A DNA stretch of 64,000 nucleotides from Eledone cirrhosa (lineage: Eukaryota): positions 64,046,001 through 64,110,000 of the forward strand of contig OZ024747.1 in the NCBI GenBank assembly GCA_964016885.1, read 5' to 3'. The notes below the pieces were generated by a model. It did not search any database and was not told the origin of the DNA. It saw only the letters and a list, made by a program, of their open reading frames with translations. Shown piece after piece: positions 1-15,120 of the stretch. Every line of letters starts with the position of its first letter. The first letter of the stretch is position 1. Position numbers and translations under genes: made by a program.

Positions 1-178
1 TTGACCCGAAATACTTGGTCGTTTCTATGGCTGTCCGGATGACGGTTTAACCATCGTATCAGTGTGTTTGGCCTTTAACGTATGTTGTAGCTCTGGTTCG
101 TCAGAATTATTGAGCGCTTGCCACACATCTCGGAAGTTAGTTTTCGCTAATTCCAAAGCCGAAATACGATTCTCGCTA

Positions 179-274
<96 letters not shown>

Positions 275-763
275 CTTGATGCAATTCAATTCAAGGTTTC
301 TACATACTTTTTCTGTGTGTAGGAATGACGGTTAGAAGAAAATGCGAAGTACTTTCAGATGTTAAACTCCTTAACTGATAAGGCTGTGACACATTTCCAA
401 GGATACAGTGGCAATGCAATTCCACATAACCAGTGCCATGATCTCATCAGACACCCTTGTTGTGTAAGAAGCTGTCTGATGACATCATAGCACTGATTAG
501 ACGGAATTGCATGGCCACTGGCGTCATTGAAATATGTGACACAGCCATAACAATAAAGGACTTTAACATTTGAAACTACTTCACATTTTCCTATTTTATA
601 TATATGCATATTGAAGTAGATGCTCATATCTATATACATACATACATAGGTACATACATATGTGCATATGTGAGTATATATATGCGTATATATATGTGCG
701 TATATATATGCGTATATATATGTGCATATGTGAGTATATATATGCGTATATATATATATATGC

Positions 764-1153
<390 letters not shown>

Positions 1154-1407
1154 ATATATATATATATATAGGCCTTATCATGGAGAAATATGTTGCAATC
1201 ATTGATAAAGAAATCAATACAAATTGTAAAGTCAAATATTTATCTTTTACAAACGTAGTCATTCACTTTAAAGTTTCGAAGGAATTCAGAATTTGCTTTA
1301 GTATATTACTTGGCAAAGAGTAAGACATTTCACTTAGATGAAATAGTTAAACTGATGGATAGAGGAAAGAACTGTGATATTACCACCGCCAAAATGTTGA
1401 TAACTCA

Positions 1408-1590
1408 ATAATTGTTTCTACTTTGGGCACAAGGCCAGCAATTACCCAGTGCATTACTGGTACTTTATTTTATCGATCCCGTAAGGATGAAAGGCAAAGT
1501 TAACCTCGGCGGGATTTGAACTCAGAATGGCAAGGGCCGTAACTATGCGTCAAAGCATGGCGTCCGACTCTCTACTGATACTGCCAATCC
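1408..1590 (-). mobile_element. tRNA-derived SINE (dominant family in the window)
   Basis: The minus strand has box A TGGCAGTATCAG, box B GAGTTCAAATCC, a central GCCTTTCATCCTTACGGG.TCGATAAAATAAAGTACCAG segment (resembles the MetaSINE-type domain) and the tail GTAGAAACAATTATT. Confidence 0.88.
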
Positions 1591-1632
1591 TCCCTTTCTT
1601 AACTTAATAATGCTAACTAAAGTAAAAACAAG

Positions 1633-1737
<105 letters not shown>

Positions 1738-1816
1738 TTACATACACATACATATATATATATATTTATACTTACATACACATACATATATATATATATA
1801 CACATACACACACAGA

Positions 1817-1933
<117 letters not shown>

Positions 1934-2575
1934 TATATATATATACTTACACATACACAGATTATATATATAGACATATAATGTTTTAACCAGTGCTTAC
2001 TGGAATTTGATTTTTGTATTTATTATATGATAAGGAAACCTTACCATGCACTTACGTTTTACTGTTTATTCATACACATATACATATGTGTATATATATA
2101 TGTGTGTATATATACATGCATACATTTATATATGTAAAAAATATATATATGTATATTTATATATGGAAATAGATATATATTTATGTATGTATATATATAC
2201 ACACTCATACACACACATATGTATATATATATATGTGTGTATGTATATATACATTTATATATATAAAATCCTTATCCAGCCCTCTTTGGATTTTGGTCTT
2301 CATAATTATTATTATTTTATACAATATATATATATATATATATATATAAAGAGAGAGAGTTGAGAGTGTGAAATATATTTCATATATCACTATGTTTTTC
2401 CTCTAACACAGACTACAATTCATTTCCTCCAAAATATCATTTAACTCCTAGCATCTACACTAAATATTATGAATGTAATTCTTACTCTTTTTTGGAACAG
2501 CCTCAAAAATCAGTTATTCTGCGGATATTTAAAGTCACTGACTACTATATATACATATATATGTGTATATATATG

Positions 2576-2606
<31 letters not shown>

Positions 2607-2613
2607 ATATACG

Positions 2614-2659
<46 letters not shown>

Positions 2660-2737
2660 CATATATGTGTGTGCGTATATATATATATATTTATACATAT
2701 ATATATGTGTGTGTGTATTTATGTATATATATATATA

Positions 2738-2796
<59 letters not shown>

Positions 2797-3473
2797 ATCT
2801 TTCAACATGTGTATATAATGATGACGGTAATAAGTTCAATGAAACAATTAATTAAAGGAGAATAATAATTACCAATAAAAAACCCAGAAATAAATGAAAA
2901 CAAAGAATATTCTATTATTTCTGATAGTAATCGATTATAGTTTTCCGGTTGACCGGTATAGGGAAGTATAGCTAGTGAGACAATCACCAACCTTGAAACC
3001 ATTACTCCGATGTTATACGTAGTAGTTCATTGCTAAGATCCTACTGAAACACACTTTACAGAACACCCTGGAAAGGACATGGTGTAGTATAGGACTACGA
3101 AGAATAACATGATGGATAATTACAGAGAGATGGATGGAGATTCCAATAATAAATTCTCAATGATTCTACAGGACTTCAAATGTAATGTATCTTTGGTATC
3201 AATTGATCTGTTGATTTATGGCATTGATCTATTGGATTAGACATTACTATCTAATATAATACTTTTATTTCACTTTAGGGATTAAAAAAAAATATATATA
3301 AAATTAATTAAAAGCAATACAATACAGAAATACATATAAATAAGATGAATTAAAATAATAGAATCAACAGAAGTTTCGATATTTGGTTCCAATTGAGTTA
3401 CCGTTACTTTTTAATTTCCCATTATTGTCAGCCATTAAATATACTTATATCGAAAGACCATTTTATATATAAG

Positions 3474-3525
<52 letters not shown>

Positions 3526-3536
3526 TGTGTATATAC

Positions 3537-3613
<77 letters not shown>

Positions 3614-3805
3614 TATTTGTATATATATATATATACATATATATTTGTGTATATATATATATATATTTATGTGTGTATCAATGACTAGGAGTCAGTCTAA
3701 TATATTTCATTGTTAAGAAGTCATCTTTAAATATGGATATAACAGTACGCTTATATTTACATAACATTAATGGTATCATATATACAGGCCCACCCCTTCC
3801 TATAC

Positions 3806-3839
<34 letters not shown>

Positions 3840-4039
3840 ATGTGTGTGTGTGTGTATTTGTGTGTATGCATATATATATATATATTTGTGTGTATGTATA
3901 TACATATACATGCATGCATTTATATATACATGTATGCATATATATATATATATATATATACATATGCATGTACAAACATTTATATACATATACACATCTA
4001 CATACATATATATATATATATATACACATACACGCGCAT

Positions 4040-4118
<79 letters not shown>

Positions 4119-4547
4119 TAGACATTCAATTTATTTACATATGTATGTAAATATAAATTTTGACGAAGCACTTGGCCAGTCATTAAAAGGAATTATGATT
4201 CAACCCCAAAACTTTTTCACAGATAATTTTTCAACTTTTATGAGTAAGGGAATATTTAAAGAAAATATTGAACCCTGATGGAATTGAACTGTTAATCAGC
4301 GAATTCCCAAATGTCGTTACACCAAAGCTTCAAGTCCAAATTTGCTCCTGTCTCATTGTTCTTTTTCTTTATAACTACGTACATATAAATATATCCTTTG
4401 TTTTATTTTATTTAAATCCATATTTAAATCCATATTTAAGTACGAATCTTCATCAAAATAAGCAACAAAATAACCAGCCTGTCTTCTTGATCGCGATACA
4501 TCCTCTTTAGTTGTTTGTGACTTCGAAGTTTTAAATGGCCATTCCAA

Positions 4548-5065
4548 TCAACTGAAAGCACCAAGTACAATCATCATCATGAGGTTAGTGAGAAGAACAA
4601 TGAACAGTGTTAACCGGAAACAAAATCTATCAATAGCTCGTGCCACATTCTTCCAGGAATTTGGGCGACGTGATTGGTCACTATCTCGAATACAGTCTTG
4701 TTTAATTGATTTCTTCCGCCTCATGCTCATACGTGTGGTCTGGAAGACGCGGGATTCACCGCGGCGCCGATTGGAAAAATCTCGTGCACCCGGTTCCTCA
4801 CCCCAGCACTCCAGTCGTTCATGTATGTCATCAGCGGTGTTAGATCGGCTCCAACCTGTTTCAGCAACGTGCTCAGGGGAACTGTGCTGGCTCACAATGA
4901 TGCCACTGCTACTTCCGGACAGAAGAGGTGCAAAGCTGCCGACAAACTTCTGCAACCATAAAGGTATTGGACATTCATGATCATTCCGATGGTAGACTCT
5001 GATTACAAGGATTGTCATCACACACGTCAGTGCACTGATAATCATTACCGTAACCAGGTATACCG
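4548..5065 (-). CDS. nAChR-like Cys-loop receptor, last coding exon (M3, intracellular loop, MA helix, M4, stop)
   Basis: Acceptor tttctgtctatttcag|CG GTA TAC in phase 1 joins the upstream G to give GCG. It encodes AVYLVTVMIISALTCVMTILVIRVYHR (M3), CPIPLWLQKF, WKNVARAIDRFCF (MA to M4) and TGA at 4548-4550. The intron to the previous exon is 5066-22069 (17.0 kb). Confidence 0.95.
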
Positions 5066-5099
5066 CTGAAATAGACAGAAAGGAAAGTGAGAGTAAAGT

Positions 5100-5400
5100 G
5101 AAAGTAAAAGAGAAAGTGTATATACATATGTGTGTATAAATATATATTAGTGCGTGAGAGAGTAGAGAGTGGGTGTATATATGTGTATGCGTGTATAAAT
5201 ATTTATTAGTGTGTGAAAGAGAAAGAGTAGAGAGTGTGTGTATATATATGTATGTGTGTATAAATATATAGTAGTGTGTGAGAGAGTGGGTGTATATATG
5301 TATGTGTGTATAAATATGTATTAGAGTGTGAAAGAGAAAGAGTAGAGAGTAGTGAGTAAGTGTGAGTATACATGTCTATTAGTGTGTGTATGAGTGTGTG
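5100..5400. repeat. Degenerate minisatellite of about 55 bp just inside the last intron
   Basis: The unit agtgtgtgagagagtagagagtgggtgtatatatgtatgtgtgtataaatatatt recurs about 5 times. Confidence 0.7.
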
Positions 5401-5446
5401 AGAGAGAAATGAAACATAGATATATTGATATGACATGTGACATAAA

Positions 5447-5822
5447 ATAATTGTTTCTACGTTTGGCACAAGGCCAGCAAATACCTAGTGCATTACTGGT
5501 ACCTTATTTTATCGAACCCATAACGAGTAGAGGCAAAGTTAACCTCGGCGGGATTTGAACTCAGAATGGCAAGGGTCGTAACTCTATACGTTAGACGCAT
5601 AGCGTCCGAACCTCTACCGATACTGACAAGTGTCTGGAAATAATTATTTCTACTTATGGCACAAGGCCAGAACTTAACCCAGTGTATTACTGGTACTTTA
5701 TTTTATCGACACCGTAAGGATGAAAGGCAAAGTTAACCTCGGCGAGATTTAAACTCAGACAATAAATCCCGCGCAGCTTAACTTTGCCTTTCATCCTTAC
5801 GTGGTCGATAAAATAAAGTACC
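5447..5822 (-). mobile_element. Two tandem SINE copies, the second ending in a short fold-back
   Basis: SINE reverse complements lie at 5447-5625 and 5640-5760, followed by an inverted ttaactttgcctttcatcc...aaagtacc at about 5778-5822. Confidence 0.8.
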
Positions 5823-6157
5823 CAAAATAATGATATATATGTATAACTTTCTAATTGTTAATGTGACATGAACATACACATACATGCATGATATCATATA
5901 TTCAGATACTAATACATATACACATACATGCAAACATACACACATATAAAGAGACATACATTAATAGATACATACATATCTACATCCAAAAATATTATAT
6001 ATATATATGTATATAATATATATCATATATAATATGTATATAATATATATAATATATAATATATATATAATATATATATATAATATATGTATATATATAT
6101 AATATATATATTGTGTATATATGATATATATATAATATATATATATAATATATAAAA

Positions 6158-6522
6158 AATTGTTTCTACTTTTGGCACAAGGTCAGGAATTATCCCAGTG
6201 CATTACTAGTACTTTACTTTATAGACCAGTAAGGTTGATATAAAGTACCAGTAATGCACTGAGATAATTGCTGGGCTTGTGCCAAAAGTAGAAACAATTA
6301 TATATATATTATATATAATATATAGTATATAAATAATATATATAATATAGTACATATAAGTCATATATAATATATATATAAAATATATAATACATACATA
6401 TAATATATAATATATATATATAATATATAATATATATAAATATATAATATATAATATATATAAATATATAATATATGATATATAGTGTATATATGATATA
6501 TATATAATATATAGTGTATACA

Positions 6523-6576
<54 letters not shown>

Positions 6577-6714
6577 TTTTTCTTCTTTAGGCACAAGGCC
6601 AGGAATTATCCCAGTGCATTACTGGTACTTTACTTTACGATCCAGTAAGGATAAAATAAAGTACCAGTAATGCACTGCGATAATTGCTTGCCTTGTGCCA
6701 AAAGTAGAAACAAT
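6158..6714. mobile_element. Two SINE-derived hairpins (6158-6299 and 6572-6714)
   Basis: Each is the last 55-60 bp of the SINE followed by its own inverted copy. Both share the private variants ggaattatccc and tactttacttt. Confidence 0.8.
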
Positions 6715-6840
6715 TTTTTATATATATATGTATATTATATATTATATATAATATATAGTATATAAACAATATGTTATTTTAATAAATTAATATGTAATAT
6801 ATATATATGTAATATATAATATATATAAATATATAATATG

Positions 6841-6901
<61 letters not shown>

Positions 6902-7656
6902 TTTAATTGTTTCTACTTTAGGCACAAGGCCAGCAAATACCCAGTGCATTACTGGTACTTTATTTTATCGACCCCGTAAGGATGAAAGGCAAAGTCAATA
7001 TAATATATAATATATATATAATATACATTATATATATATATGACAGATAATATATATAATATATATAAATATATAATATATATTAATATATATAATATAT
7101 ATAATATATATATATATGTAAATATGTTATATATATATATATATACTTTTGGTACGCGGCCAACAATTGTATTACTAGTACTTTATTGTTATAGAACCCG
7201 TAAGGATGAAAGGCAAATGCAACCTATATATACCTAATATATATCTATATAATGTATATCCATAATATATACATATAACATATATATATCATATATATTT
7301 ATAAAATATATATATAACATATATATATATCATATATATCGTATATTTTTAATATATATATAATATATATAATATGTATATATAATATATATATTATATA
7401 AATACAAATACACTATATATAATATATATATATATAATATATATATAATATATATTTATAATATACAATGTATATAATATATATATATAATATGTAATAT
7501 ATATCATGTATGTATATATAATATATATTTATCATATATAATGTATATAGTATATATATATAATATATATATAATATATATATATATAATATATAATATA
7601 TATATAATATATATAAAATACAATTCATATATTATATAATATAAATATATATATAA

Positions 7657-8559
7657 CTAGCAGTAAAGCCCGGCGTTGCTCGGGGTCGCTCAGTAGCTGT
7701 GTTAAAGTTACAATGTTAAGTTTCTTTCTTGGCTTAAAAACTGTAGTGTCTACTGTGCAGACTTGCATGTGGTGTTTTTGATTAATATTCCCTCAACCAA
7801 CAATATGCCTTATGAAGTTAAGAAAACATAACGATAACCCGAATGTTATAACAAAAGAGGATGCTGGGGATAGAAACTGCACTGGTTATTTATTAACAAA
7901 GATCGAAAATGTAAACACTGCAACGCAGAGAAAAACATTAGCGTAACCAAATTATCAGTTATGTCTGTCTGCACGCCTATATCACCTCTCTGCACGACTG
8001 TCTGTCTGCACGCCTATATCACCTCTCTGCACGACTGTCTGTCTGCACGCCTATATCACCTCTCTGCACGACTGTCTGTCTGCACGCGTATATCACCTCT
8101 CTGCACGACTGTCTGTCTGCACGACTGTCTGTCTGCACGCCTAACGACGAAATATTTGCTTGTTTTACGTAGTCTTTAAATAGACTTGTTTTCAAGTAAA
8201 AATATTGTTTTAAAATGCTTTTAAATGGAAATGAAGCAAAACGGAAGCTTAGTGTTCGAACTGATGAATTTTGCAGGTCAATATTTTGCTGGCTCGACAA
8301 CTGCGTAATTTTTTACGTAAGACGCTCAATGTAAACAGAACAAAGGGAAATAACTGATAACTTACGCTCAAAAATCGATACATTATATTCGATTTCGTCA
8401 CATAGGGTGGGTCAATTTGAAATATTTTTTTCCGATGTCTTCGCTAGGGCTCAATGTACAAGTATAGCAATTTCGGTGCAATTCCGTGAGAGATTCTAAG
8501 AGGAGATGTGTGCCAAAAATCGATAGACAGACAGACAACCACAGTTTTATATATATAGA
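7657..8559 (-). mobile_element. Non-autonomous Helitron
   Basis: The minus strand starts A|TCTATATATATAAAACTGTGGTTGTCTGTCTGTC and ends with the hairpin CCCG-AGCAACGC-CGGG followed by CTAG|T. It is inserted between A and T with no TSD. Confidence 0.85.
7963..8141. repeat. 37-bp minisatellite inside the Helitron
   Basis: gtctgtctgcacgcctatatcacctctctgcacgact occurs 4 times plus partial units. Confidence 0.9.
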
Positions 8560-8663
8560 TTGTTTCTACTTTTGGCACAAGGCCAGCAATTATCCAGTAC
8601 ATTACTGGTACTTTATTTTATTGATCCCGTAAGGATGAGATGCAATGTTAACCTCGGCGGAAT
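8560..8663 (-). mobile_element. 5'-truncated SINE abutting the Helitron
   Basis: The SINE 3' half runs from ttgtttctacttttggcacaagg to aacctcggcgg. Confidence 0.8.
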
Positions 8664-8744
8664 TATACATAATATATTATTATATATATAATATCTATAA
8701 TATATATATATATATATAAATATATAATATATATATATATATAT

Positions 8745-8819
<75 letters not shown>

Positions 8820-8836
8820 TATAATATATATATATA

Positions 8837-8909
<73 letters not shown>

Positions 8910-8998
8910 TACATATATATATATATTATATATATATATTATATATATATTATATTAATATATATATATAGTTATATTATAACCAACATAAGATAATT

Positions 8999-9073
8999 AT
9001 TTCATTCGCCGAAGGTTTCACGAAGACAGACGAGCTGGGCACATACGTCTGCCTTCAATCGTCAAAATGAAAT
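8999..9073 (-). ncRNA. Decayed type I hammerhead ribozyme fold
   Basis: Stem I ATTTCATT/AATGAAAT, core TTGACGA, 11-bp stem II GAAGGCAGACG/CGTCTGTCTTC, GAAA, stem III CC-ttc-GG. The cleavage triplet reads GCG rather than NUH, so it is probably inactive. Confidence 0.6.
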
Positions 9074-9165
9074 TTAATAATGAAATAATTACCTTATGTT
9101 TTTTCATTACATAACTAAAAAGCTCTCTAGCCTACATAATAATAATTATATATATATATATATTT

Positions 9166-9238
<73 letters not shown>

Positions 9239-9416
9239 CATTATATATATTATATATTATATTATATTATATATATATATACATTATATATATTATATAT
9301 ATATTATATTATATATATATGCACATATATATATATACATATATATATATATACATATACATGTATAAACATATTTATATACATATACATGTACATAAAT
9401 ATTTATATACATATAC

Positions 9417-9509
<93 letters not shown>

Positions 9510-9510
<1 letters not shown>

Positions 9511-9988
9511 CTAAGCTATAATAAAGTAAGGAGTGCAGGACAGCGTCTAGAAAATATTTTTCTTATCCCGTTTGCAAAATAAGTTGGATTAATTTGAATA
9601 AATATATCAATGAATATTACATATTATATCTTCTAAATTTCGTTATTCTTGATTAAATATAAATAATTTTGTTGCCTATTTTAAGATACACTTCTGGAAA
9701 ATTTTGAAATGTCAACCCCTACGGTAGCAACCGCTTCAATAAGCATTCATATATTTCCGTCACTAATTTTCTCCTAAATAGTTTATATATAATATCGTCT
9801 TTTTTTAATGTATCATGGATTACATTACTGATTACCTAAGACACAGTCTTCGGTCAATTTCTGTGTATATTGTCAATTACGATTCTATCTGTTGTATCAT
9901 ACTTACACGATAATATACTTGCCTATAATATCAATATCAATACTACACATACTAGCAGAAAACCACCTGAAGCTTTTTTTTTCTGCTA

Positions 9989-9989
<1 letters not shown>
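9510..9989 (+). mobile_element. Helitron-like non-autonomous element (relatives at about 18933-19200 + and 59480-59960 -)
   Basis: It starts TCTAAGCTATAATAAAG and ends GCAGAAAA...TTTTCTG CTAG|T. The head sequence recurs at 18933 and, reversed, at 59880-59960. Confidence 0.6.
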
Positions 9990-10042
<53 letters not shown>

Positions 10043-10125
10043 TATGTATGATATATAAATATATATGTATAATATGTATATATACATAATATATATATAA
10101 TATAAATATATAATATATATATAAT

Positions 10126-10170
<45 letters not shown>

Positions 10171-10180
10171 TATTTATAAA

Positions 10181-10218
<38 letters not shown>

Positions 10219-10699
10219 TATATATATAAGATACATATATATATAATATATATATCAGATATATATACGGAAAAAATGAAACGAAATTCTCTCTCTTAGT
10301 ACGGCTGTTACTTAAATATAAGCATGTATACGTACATACATATATGTACACAGACGCACAGTAGTATGTATATATATATACATACATGCACACATATATA
10401 TATGTACGTATGGATTCACCGAACATTTATTATTATAATATATATATAATACATATATATATATACATAATAAATATATATATATAATATATATATATAT
10501 AAGATATATATATATATATAATATATATAAGACATATATATATATAATATATATATCTAAAATATATATAAATATATACATATATATAATATATAAATAT
10601 ATATATATAATGCATATATACATAATATATATATATAATATATATATATTTCTAATATATATATATTATATATATAATATATATATGAATATATATTTG

Positions 10700-11372
10700 A
10701 AAACATAGAAGAAAAACGTAGTTTATGTAAACATAAAAACCTTAGGCACGTTTCCCGTGAAATAATTAGTATGTGAGCTCGGTGTCGTCCGCTATAATAT
10801 GTACCACAGAAATCCAGTCTAGGTATACATTTTTTTGACAACAGTAAAAGCGCATCATGAAATAGTGAAGTGATGTGTATAATAGACACTATTATGTACA
10901 AAGCATAATATTGTAAAACTTATGACATCACTTAATGTATGAACATCAAGCTTGAAAGGATAAATTATACAATGTCAAATCTATAACTTAACTTAGTAAT
11001 CTGTTAGAAATTGCTGGTTGTGAAATATACAAAATGATATTGTTAGTCTCAAGGAAGCGTACCTTTTGTATCAAGTACAAAGAGTAAATTAAAATCCGAA
11101 TGAGCCGAATTACGAAAGATAACTCTTGTCTTACTTAAAGATAACTCTTGTTATCACTAAATTTCACACAAATAACCGAAACTTTTTTAATGTCTCCAAA
11201 GACCCCAATATCGATTTTTGAAAGTCTTTTTAGATCATGTACAAGTTTTGTGCAAGGAGAAGCTCTGTAAAAAATTTCAAAGATATCGCATGAATGGTTT
11301 AGAATATATGAGCCCTCATTAAAAATTGTCTACACACACAGACAGAAAACTTCGTCTTTATATATATACAGA
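10700..11372 (-). mobile_element. Helitron-like element, 5' end clear and 3' end uncertain
   Basis: The minus strand begins A|TCTGTATATATATAAAGACGAAGTTTTCTGTCTGTGTG, the same head pattern as the element at 7657-8559. The left boundary is approximate. Confidence 0.45.
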
Positions 11373-11471
11373 TATATATATACATTATATATATATATAT
11401 TATATATATATATACATGATATATATATATATATATTATATATATATATATACATGATATATATATATACA

Positions 11472-11544
<73 letters not shown>

Positions 11545-11929
11545 TTATATATATAATAGATATATATATTATATATATATACATTGTATATATATTTATA
11601 TATTATATATATATATATATATTTATATATATCTAAAATATATATAAATATATATATAATATATATAATATATATATATACATTGTATATATATTTATAT
11701 ATTATATATATATATATATATTTATATATATCTAAAATATATATATAAATATATATATAATATATATAATATATATATATATATAATGTATATATATATA
11801 ATATATATATATAATATATATATAAATATATATATAATATATATAATATATATATATATATAATGTATATATATATAATATATATATATAATATATATAT
11901 ATAATATATATATAAATATATATATATAT

Positions 11930-12204
<275 letters not shown>

Positions 12205-12460
12205 TATACACATTATATATATATATGTATATATATGTATATATATGTATATATATAATATATATATATATATGTATATACATGTATATATATATATAAT
12301 ATATATATATATAATATATATATATAGAATATATATATATAATATATATATATATATTATATATATATATATAATATATATATATAATATATATATATAT
12401 ATAATATATATATATAATATATAATATATATATAATATATAATATATATATATATATATA

Positions 12461-12546
<86 letters not shown>

Positions 12547-12649
12547 TATATGACCAAAAGTTAAACAATGAATATAGTTTTACAATCGTTTAGAAGTACT
12601 CAACTGGGAGTTTTCTGGAGTTATTAATTCAAAATATTATTAAATATTT

Positions 12650-12793
12650 CCAGCATAGTTACGTCCCTTTACGATCTGAGTTCAAATCCCGCTGAAGTTG
12701 ACTTTGCCTTTCATCCTTACGGGCTCGATAAAATAAAGTATCAGTAATGCCCTGGGTAATTGCTGGCCTTGTGCCTAACGTAGAAACAGTTAT
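12650..12793 (+). mobile_element. SINE, 5'-truncated
   Basis: gagttcaaatccc...gcctttcatccttac...gtagaaacagttatt. Confidence 0.85.
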
Positions 12794-12803
12794 TTAATAT
12801 AGA

Positions 12804-12861
12804 AGACATTCACGTAATCAAAATATATTTTATAAAATATATTTTGATTACGTGAATGTCT
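12804..12861. repeat. Perfect 58-bp loopless palindrome
   Basis: agacattcacgtaatcaaaatatatttta|taaaatatattttgattacgtgaatgtct. It is homologous to the tail after the hammerhead at 58941-58995. Confidence 0.9.
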
Positions 12862-12920
12862 ATATTAATATTTTGAATTAATTTTTATATTTATATCCTG
12901 AATTATTATATATATATATA

Positions 12921-13362
12921 TAGGAAAAGGTATGACCCCGACGGCAGAGCTCAAGCCGTTTCGACGGCTATTTCTGGACTAAAATTAGAATATTTAGCCT
13001 GGTAAATAAATAGCCCAACTTATCAAGGGCTACTTCCTTATATGGGAAGATTGTAGTTCTACCGGCAAGTTCAGCCACCCCTACCCCCACCAAATGCCAT
13101 GATAGATTTATTTGTGTTTACAGCAAATTCTTGACCAATCCACTTGACAACTACAATCTTTCCATATAAGGATGTACCCCTTGATAAGTTCGGCTATTTA
13201 TTTACCAGGTTAAATATTCTAATTTAGTCCAGAAATAGCCGCCGAAACAGCTTGAGCTCTGCCGTCGGGGTCATACCTTTTCCTATTACCCACTCTACTA
13301 CCCTAAGTATTGAGTACTCTGGTGCGTTATGGTTCATCTGGTTCCTTACCACAATTCCTTCG

Positions 13363-13364
<2 letters not shown>
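12921..13364 (+). mobile_element. Family A fold-back hammerhead element (Penelope-like, non-autonomous), longest copy
   Basis: Imperfect inverted arms of about 135 bp (12921-13058 and 13149-13285) are followed by a conserved tail ttacccactctactaccctaagtattgagtactctggtgcg...ccttaccac. It has (TA)n flanks. Confidence 0.75.
13176..13271 (+). ncRNA. Type I hammerhead ribozyme, U3-A8 core variant (mirror copy on the minus strand at 12935-13030)
   Basis: Stem I ACCCC/GGGGT, core TTGATAA, stem II CGGCTATTT/AAATAGCCG, GAAA, stem III AC(A/G)GC/GCCGT and a GUC cleavage triplet at 13264-13266. Confidence 0.75.
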
Positions 13365-13420
<56 letters not shown>

Positions 13421-13948
13421 ATAATCTATATATTGAGATAGATAATATATCTATCTCTATATGTATATAGATTATTTATATATTATATATATACATACAT
13501 ATATAATATATATATATATGTGTGTGTGTCTGTGCGTGTGCCAGATTAATTATTTTTTTAAAAGTAACAATGGATGATTTTGAGCTGACATGAATCACTG
13601 GAATCTGAAAGTAATTCCTGTCAGAACTTTGAAGCAATTCTAAATAAGTGCACCATGTCCGATGAAATACATATGCTAAACTTTGTAAAGATAGACTGAA
13701 GAGGTAAAATTATATAACGAAAAAAATAACATTATTACAAACGGCCAGGGAAATAATGTGTAAACTATTAGTATGTACACAAATAGATGTAACCAGTTAT
13801 ATATATATATATACGTTGAAGAAACAAAACCACGCGTTCAACCGGCACCCCTGTATCATGAAAATTAAAATCTTCTTCAGGGAAATTATTGGATTTTTCC
13901 ATATTTAAAAGTTGTTTTTAGGAACTTTGAATGTAATTATAGATTCTG

Positions 13949-14006
13949 CCGTTTGAAGAGCTCAGGCTAGCATAACTGATAGTCCCCAGTGAAATATGTA
14001 TAACGG
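13949..14006 (+). ncRNA. Decayed type I hammerhead fold
   Basis: Stem I CCGT/ACGG, core TTGAAGA, imperfect stem II GCT..GGCTA/TAGTC..AGT, GAAA, stem III ATA-tg-TAT and triplet AUA. Confidence 0.55.
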
Positions 14007-14269
14007 AGTTTAAAAAAAACCTTGAATCAACTGAATATAGCCTCTGATCTTTTATTTATATTTATATATATATATAGACAGTCAGTCGACATTCGTCAAA
14101 TCGGGCTGAGGAAACAATGTTTCCATTGGTCTTTCCAATTGCGAATACTATGTATCGGTCGCAAATCCAAATAGAAGGAGCAATGTGAAATAAAGTGTCT
14201 CTAACCACTCAGCCACGCGCCTGAACTACATACATATATATATGTATATATACATGTATATATATATGT

Positions 14270-14575
14270 ATCAGTATACACTGAGGATGAAAAACTCAGA
14301 GTTGTATGGGAGCCTCCCAAAGGTCAGCTCAAAAGTAACACAGAGGAGACTGAAGTTAGCTGGACATACTCACCGACATCCAGATTTGACATTGCACTCA
14401 GTGCACCTGTGGGAGCCCCTACATGGAAACACTGAAGAGGAAGACCAAGGTTAACGTATGTTGATGCCCTAAGGACAGACACTGGTCTGCTGGAGACGCG
14501 GGACATGGCAGCGATAATGAGGGACAGAGACCGCTGGAGAGAATTCGTCCATGGATCTCCATGCCCTAGATAGAT
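14270..14575 (+). mobile_element. RTE-X-like LINE 3' fragment
   Basis: It encodes QYTLRMKNSELYGSLPKVSSKVTQRRLKLAGH...LWEPLHG and ends in a TAGA tail. Same family as 36102-36490. Confidence 0.85.
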
Positions 14576-14599
14576 ATATTTATTAAAATAACAGATTAA

Positions 14600-14650
14600 A
14601 GTTTAAGCAAAGAATCGCTGCTTTCACTCTTAACGGGATCTTCTGAAACT
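14600..14650 (-). ncRNA. Family B hammerhead-like fold (CAGAAGA core)
   Basis: AGTTT CAGAAGA [stem II] GAAA GCA..TGC T T AAACT, followed by AATAAA. Stem II is damaged in this copy. Confidence 0.5.
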
Positions 14651-14684
14651 AAAAAAATCAATCTTTGAATTTTAGTCTTCAAAT

Positions 14685-15050
14685 TTTACGATCTGAGTTC
14701 AAATCCCGCCGAGGTTGACTTTGCCTTTCATCCTTACAGGGTCGATAAAATAAAGTACCAGTAATGCACTGGGTAATTTGCTGGCCTTGTGCCTAAAGTA
14801 GAAACAATTATTATTATTATCATTACTAATTAAATAACTATTATTATTATTATTATTAAAGGCGGTGGATTGGCAGTATTGGTAGAGAGTCGGACACCAT
14901 GCTTTGAAGCATAGAGTTACGTCCCTTTATGATCTGAGTTTAAATCCCGCCGAGGTTAAATTTGCCTTTCATCCTTACGGGGTCGATAAAATAAAGTACC
15001 AGTAATACACTGGGTAATTGCTGGCCTTGTGCCAAAAGTAGAAAGAATTA
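14685..15050 (+). mobile_element. Two tandem SINEs (truncated 14685-14810, full-length 14861-15050)
   Basis: The second copy has the GGCGGTGGATTGGCAGTATTGG head, box B, central domain and a (TTA)n tail. Confidence 0.9.
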
Positions 15051-15063
15051 TTATTATTATTAC

Positions 15064-15120
<57 letters not shown>

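Noticed and set aside
4579-4980. 133-aa plus-strand ORF, and the alternative-frame ORF at 22111-22431
   Set aside because: They are antisense or out-of-frame shadows of the receptor exons.
7963-8141. 37-bp repeats suggesting a CRISPR array
   Set aside because: The units are head-to-tail with no unique spacers and lie inside a eukaryotic Helitron.
14861-14950. SINE heads as tRNA genes
   Set aside because: Boxes A and B are present, but there is no proper cloverleaf and each is fused to the SINE body.
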